Positions 34,066-38,151 of a stretch of 38,151 nt of DNA are shown here, in pieces (position 1 is the first letter of the stretch; the number at the start of each line of letters is the position of its first letter). A model generated the notes under the pieces. That model did not search any database and was not told the DNA's origin. It saw only the letters and a list, made by a program, of their open reading frames with translations. Source of the DNA: Candidatus Woesearchaeota archaeon (GTDB lineage Archaea; Nanobdellota; Nanobdellia; Woesearchaeales; JABIAG01); the NCBI GenBank assembly GCA_019323235.1, contig JAHWHN010000153.1:1-38151 (forward strand), in the 5' to 3' direction. A program made the position numbers and the translations under genes.

Positions 34066-34752
34066 TTAAAAGTTTAAACCCTTTTTAAAGTTTTCACTAT
34101 TACCAGGAAAATAGAAATCTAAATGTTTCATAAATTCATTTTTAGAATTTATTTTTTGTTTTTTTGACTTTGTTAAATCATAATTATATAATACTACTTT
34201 ATTTAATTCAGTATCTACTACATAATCAAATAAATCTTGAGGTAAAAGGTAATCATACTTCATTAATTCTGAACAAATAAATCCCAAGTCTCTACACACC
34301 TCAGAACGTATTTTCTCAGGTACAACAGCACTTAATAAGTATGGTAAATGTAACATGTTTGCATTAATTGAATATTGAACATAGTGATGTTCTTGTTTAC
34401 AAACATTTAGAATTCCAGAAGAAGTTATTTCTGGCACTAATATTTTATTTGATAAATCTTCATAACAATCTAAAGTGTTCTCTAACTCATCAGAATTTCT
34501 CAAGATAAGAAGACTATAGATTTGACCATCTTCACAATTATAAACAATTGGTCTATTCTTAGAAAGAATTTTTGACTCTAAAACTTTTCTTATATTAGAG
34601 TTTAATGGAATTAATTTATCTCTAAATAATTCTTTTCTTACAGTGTCACTTCTTAAATCATATACGTCAATTTGATTTTCACTTAATGATTCAGGAGATA
34701 ATCTATACACAACGCTTGGAAAATCTCTAGCGATTTTTAATAATTTATCCAT
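34066..34752 (-). CDS. hypothetical protein
   Basis: The track start at 34794 is TTG; the first ATG, at 34752, gives 228 aa (MDKLLKIARDF...). No confident motif. The stop lies 11 nt upstream of tRNA-Arg on the same strand. Confidence 0.45.
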   Translation of the reverse strand: MDKLLKIARDFPSVVYRLSPESLSENQIDVYDLRSDTVRKELFRDKLIPLNSNIRKVLESKILSKNRPIVYNCEDGQIYSLLILRNSDELENTLDCYEDLSNKILVPEITSSGILNVCKQEHHYVQYSINANMLHLPYLLSAVVPEKIRSEVCRDLGFICSELMKYDYLLPQDLFDYVVDTELNKVVLYNYDLTKSKKQKINSKNEFMKHLDFYFPGNSENFKKGLNF

Positions 34753-34839
34753 TATCACAAACGTAGATAAGTATTGTTTTTTAAAGATTTTCAAATTAAA
34801 GACAAGATTTTTTAAATAATGCTTGTTTTTTACTAAAAT

Positions 34840-35718
34840 ATGTATAAACTTAAAGAAAATCCAGAAGATTTTATTGTAATAGAAAGAAGTAATGTTGAGA
34901 TTAAAGATGATGGAGAATTTACTTATTTTGTCTTAAAGAAAAAGAATTACAATACTTCTGATGCTATTCAAAGAATTGCGGATACTCTTCGTTATAATTC
35001 TAAAGATATTGGTTTTGCAGGTAATAAAGATAGAAGGGCTATTACTGAACAATTATGTAGTATTAAGAATATTTCAAAAGAAAAATTGGAATCTTTGAAA
35101 TTAAAAGACATTGATATTTTAGTTAAAGGATATGGAGATGAATCAATTAATTTGGGGATGTTAGAAGGGAATTATTTTATAATTAATATTAAAGATATTA
35201 ACTTTAAACCTAAACCAATTACTAAATTTATTAATTATTATGGTCCTCAAAGATTTGGAGATGATAATATTGAAATTGGAAGAAGTATTATTAAGAAAGA
35301 TTTTAAAAATTTGGAAAAATTTAATTTGTCAGTAAATAAGATTAATCAAAGTAGAAGACTTTCAAGAATCTATATTCATGCTTATCAATCTTATTTGTGG
35401 AATAAGTCTGTTGAAAGATTGATTTCTAAAGGTATTGAGGTAGATGAAGTACCTATTGTTGGTTTTGGAACTGAATTTAAGAATGATTCTGTTGAGGAAG
35501 TTTGTAAAGAAGTTCTTAAAGAAGAAGGTATTAAGAAAAGAGATTTTATTATAAGACAATGTCCTGATTTGAGTGCTGAAGGAGATGTTAGAAAAGTATA
35601 TTGTGATGTTTCTGAATTAGAAATTTCAGAATTAGAAAATAATCAAGTAACTGTTAAATTCTTCTTGCCTAAGGGTTGTTATGCAACTGTTTTTATTGAA
35701 CAATTACTTTCCTCCTAG
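34840..35718 (+). CDS. truD: tRNA pseudouridine synthase TruD/Pus7 family (short form)
   Basis: N-terminal PEDFIVIE, the catalytic-Asp motif GFAGNKDRRAITEQ, and NYYGPQRFG. Confidence 0.85.
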   Translation: MYKLKENPEDFIVIERSNVEIKDDGEFTYFVLKKKNYNTSDAIQRIADTLRYNSKDIGFAGNKDRRAITEQLCSIKNISKEKLESLKLKDIDILVKGYGDESINLGMLEGNYFIINIKDINFKPKPITKFINYYGPQRFGDDNIEIGRSIIKKDFKNLEKFNLSVNKINQSRRLSRIYIHAYQSYLWNKSVERLISKGIEVDEVPIVGFGTEFKNDSVEEVCKEVLKEEGIKKRDFIIRQCPDLSAEGDVRKVYCDVSELEISELENNQVTVKFFLPKGCYATVFIEQLLSS

Positions 35719-35763
35719 TTGGGATAAGAGAGGTTCTTAAATTTATTTTAATTATTCTTATTT

Positions 35764-36108
35764 ATGGAATATTTAGCAAAATTAAAATTAATTGAAGAAG
35801 TGTTAGAAGATAAAGTATTAGTACCTTTTGAGATTTTTGATAAAATTGAAGAGAGGAATGAAAGAATTTTCGAATATAAAGCTGCAAGATCTAAAGGTTA
35901 TTTGTTTTCTTATGATTTTAATGAAAGAAATAAAGATAGATTGAATATAGATGGTTCTGATTTTGTTGAAATCCCTAGTTCTAAATTAATTGAGTACTTG
36001 AAGATTGGTTGTTATGAATGTTGTGAAGAACATAAAAAACCAAGAGCTGAATGTTGCAGTAATAAAGATTTGGATATATTGATGAAGTATATCTTCGAAA
36101 ATAATTAG
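35764..36108 (+). CDS. hypothetical small Cys-rich protein
   Basis: 114 aa with a C-terminal cluster GCYECCEEHKKPRAECC (five Cys within 17 residues). No family recognised. Confidence 0.4.
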   Translation: MEYLAKLKLIEEVLEDKVLVPFEIFDKIEERNERIFEYKAARSKGYLFSYDFNERNKDRLNIDGSDFVEIPSSKLIEYLKIGCYECCEEHKKPRAECCSNKDLDILMKYIFENN

Positions 36109-36155
36109 ATTAAATAACAAATATCTTTTTAAAATGTGTTGAAATTATACTTAAA

Positions 36156-37568
36156 ATGAGTAAAGTTACTATTATTGGGGCTGGTTATGTTGGATTGCCA
36201 ACAGCAGCTCATTGGTCTACAGTTCATGACGTTGTTGTATATGATATTATGGCAGATAAAATCCAACTTGCAAATGATGTTATTTCTGGGAAAAAAGACC
36301 AACTCCATATTCATGAGGGTGGTTTAGTTGAGAAATTAAGACAAAATAAAAATAATTTAACCTTCACAACTGATAAAGAAAAAGCTTTAATGAATTCCGA
36401 GTTAATTTTTGTTGCAGCCGGCACTCCCGAGAATAAGAAAGGAAGGGCTAACTTAGAATATGTTGTTGCTGCTGCAAAAGAAATTGGTCAAAATATTAAT
36501 AATAATTGTATTGTTATAAATAAGAGTACTTGTCCTCCTGGAACTGCATATTTAGTAGAGGATACTATTAAAGAAGAATTGAAAAAAAGAAATTTAATTT
36601 TTTGTTATAATGTTTCTGTTGGTTCTTGTCCTGAATTTTTAGCAGAAGGAACTGCTATGAAAAATTTACATAGTCCTGATAGAATTGTTTATGGAAGTGA
36701 TGATGAATCTACTTTAAAATATTTAAGAAATTTTTTTACTGCATTACATCCAATTGATAAATTAGTTGAGATGGATACTGTTTCTGCAGAAGTTACAAAA
36801 TATGTTGCTAATTGTGCTTTAGCTAAAGACATTTCTTTTATGAATCAATTTACAGAATTATTTGATATAATTGGCGCTAATACTGAAAATGTTAGAAGAG
36901 GTATTGTTAAAGATTCTAGATTAGGAAGTTTTTATAGGGCAGGTATGGGATATGGTGGTAGTTGTTTTGGAAAAGATACTAGTGCTATTTATGAATTAGC
37001 TAAAATTTATGGTATTGATTTAAGTATAATTGGAGAAACAATTAATGTTAATAAAGGAATGCCTATAAGATTTCATGAAAAAATAAATTCTCATTTTGGT
37101 GAGACTTATACAAATAATTTAGAAGGTAAAACTTTTGGATTATGGGGCATTGGATTTAAAGCTAATACTGATGATTTAAGAGATTCAAAATCTGTTGAAT
37201 TAGCAAATGATCTAATGGAATGTGGAGCTAAGCTACATATCTTTGATAATATTAGAGGGGCTTTAGATAATTTTCCAAAAGTAGCTAAATTTGAGAATTA
37301 TACAATATGTAAAGATCAATATGACATTCCTGATATTGATGGTTTAATTATTGGTAATGAAGCTGAATTATTTAGATCACCAAATCCATCTAAATTAAAC
37401 ATGAAACATAAAGTTATCTTTGATGGAAAAAATTGTATTTCTGATTATGTGGTTCATAATTTGAAAGAGGAAGGATTTATTTACAAATCAATTGGAAGAG
37501 ATGTTTTAGGAAAACCAGTTGATAAACAAATGTTAATAGATACTTTAAGAGATAAATATATGAGTTAA
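36156..37568 (+). CDS. ugd: UDP-glucose/GDP-mannose dehydrogenase family protein (probable UDP-glucose 6-dehydrogenase)
   Basis: N-terminal Rossmann motif VTIIGAGYVGLPTAA, catalytic-Cys motif GGSCFGKD, and C-terminal GIGFKANTDDLRDS. Confidence 0.85.
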   Translation: MSKVTIIGAGYVGLPTAAHWSTVHDVVVYDIMADKIQLANDVISGKKDQLHIHEGGLVEKLRQNKNNLTFTTDKEKALMNSELIFVAAGTPENKKGRANLEYVVAAAKEIGQNINNNCIVINKSTCPPGTAYLVEDTIKEELKKRNLIFCYNVSVGSCPEFLAEGTAMKNLHSPDRIVYGSDDESTLKYLRNFFTALHPIDKLVEMDTVSAEVTKYVANCALAKDISFMNQFTELFDIIGANTENVRRGIVKDSRLGSFYRAGMGYGGSCFGKDTSAIYELAKIYGIDLSIIGETINVNKGMPIRFHEKINSHFGETYTNNLEGKTFGLWGIGFKANTDDLRDSKSVELANDLMECGAKLHIFDNIRGALDNFPKVAKFENYTICKDQYDIPDIDGLIIGNEAELFRSPNPSKLNMKHKVIFDGKNCISDYVVHNLKEEGFIYKSIGRDVLGKPVDKQMLIDTLRDKYMS

Positions 37569-38151
37569 TTCTTTTTAGCCATTAAATTACCTTTATAGTC
37601 ATCTAAATCTAAGCAGAGATCTAAGTTTGAACAATATTCTTGAGAGATTGGTTCTATTCTTAATAATCTTGCTCCACAACTATTACTCGGAAACCATAAT
37701 GATAATATATTTGAAATACTACATAGATGTTGTCTTATTAAATGCTGCATATAATCCTTCATTAAAATTACATCACCCTCAACTAAATATTCTAAGATTT
37801 CTTCTTTTTTTCTATTATCTAAAAATGGATTATGTTTAAATTCATTTACAAAGTGTGAATCTAAAATAAAACTATCTTTTCTTAGTTCATCATAAACATC
37901 ATTGTTTAATTCTAAACCACCCTCGACTAAATTAGAACTAGGGTTTAATCCATCAATTATTTTTTTAGCTAAAGGAATTTTATATAATGATAATAATACT
38001 TCTCCTGTTGCACTTGGGTCTTGAATGGATAAACATGCAACATCTAAAGGTAATTTTAATAAAATATTTCTATCAAATTCATCATCTAAAGAAATTCTAT
38101 TTCTAAATGCTTCTTTTGGAGTCAATAACGAATATCCATTTTCAATTAAAT
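37565..38151 (-). CDS. hypothetical protein, 5'-truncated by the window edge
   Basis: The track start at 38125 is TTG. The same frame stays open to base 38151 (...LIENGYSLLTPKEAF...), so the gene probably begins outside the window. No motif recognised. Confidence 0.45.
   Translation of the reverse strand, partial: LIENGYSLLTPKEAFRNRISLDDEFDRNILLKLPLDVACLSIQDPSATGEVLLSLYKIPLAKKIIDGLNPSSNLVEGGLELNNDVYDELRKDSFILDSHFVNEFKHNPFLDNRKKEEILEYLVEGDVILMKDYMQHLIRQHLCSISNILSLWFPSNSCGARLLRIEPISQEYCSNLDLCLDLDDYKGNLMAKKN

Noticed and set aside
34066-34752. Possible small Bud32/RIO-like kinase, based on LPQDLFDYVV...LYNYDL vaguely resembling HGDL..N...DFG, its roughly 228-aa size and its tRNA-modification neighbours.
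   Set aside because: There is no glycine loop, no catalytic Lys context and no HxD or DFG motif. The resemblance is too weak to call and the gene is left as hypothetical.
1-38151. Looked for CRISPR arrays, DGR template/variable repeat pairs, reverse transcriptase, integrase or transposase, rRNA, and C/D or H/ACA guide RNAs in intergenic gaps.
   Set aside because: No regularly spaced direct repeats, no long near-identical repeat pairs and no RT, integrase or transposase motifs were seen. The C-box/D-box-like strings (for example ATGATAA at 3542 and CTGA at 3506) are in the wrong order and spacing. A by-eye scan cannot exclude short guide RNAs.

Overview
AT-rich window, roughly 25-30% GC by eye, densely packed and clearly archaeal. 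The reduced protein sizes and compaction suggest a small-genome (DPANN-like) lineage, but that is inference. Most of the window is core information processing. On the + strand there is an XPD helicase, then tRNA-Pro(UGG) followed by L37Ae-RpoP-Pcc1-prefoldin beta-UPF0147. On the - strand there is a RecJ-like nuclease and a thermosome, then S19e-L39e-L31e-Cbf5, then the exosome/proteasome cluster Pop5-PsmA-Rrp4-Rrp41-Rrp42-RpoK. Also present are an MtaB-type radical-SAM methylthiotransferase, aIF1A, a PUA protein, a short GatE, tRNA-Arg(CCU), TruD and a UDP-glucose dehydrogenase. Accessory content has four parts. First, a 7.4 kb six-gene operon on the - strand (20132-27497) encoding two BatA-type vWA proteins, a coiled-coil protein, a membrane protein, MoxR and DUF58. 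Second, a classical Zwf glucose-6-phosphate dehydrogenase. Third, a compositionally anomalous islet (about 2950-3540, 40-55% GC) holding a wHTH-like ORF behind a cluster of TATACTA repeats, about 300 nt upstream of tRNA-Pro. Fourth, a convergent pair of paralogous small genes beside tRNA-Arg. Two real small genes, RpoP and L39e, are missing from the ORF track, and several track ORFs begin at TTG/GTG where an ATG just downstream is more likely. I saw no CRISPR array, rRNA, integrase, transposase or reverse transcriptase. No single region is demonstrably a new system. The GC islet, the Bat-like operon, the short GatE and the paralog pair are the best leads. All protein calls come from motifs read by eye in the translations; no database search was run.
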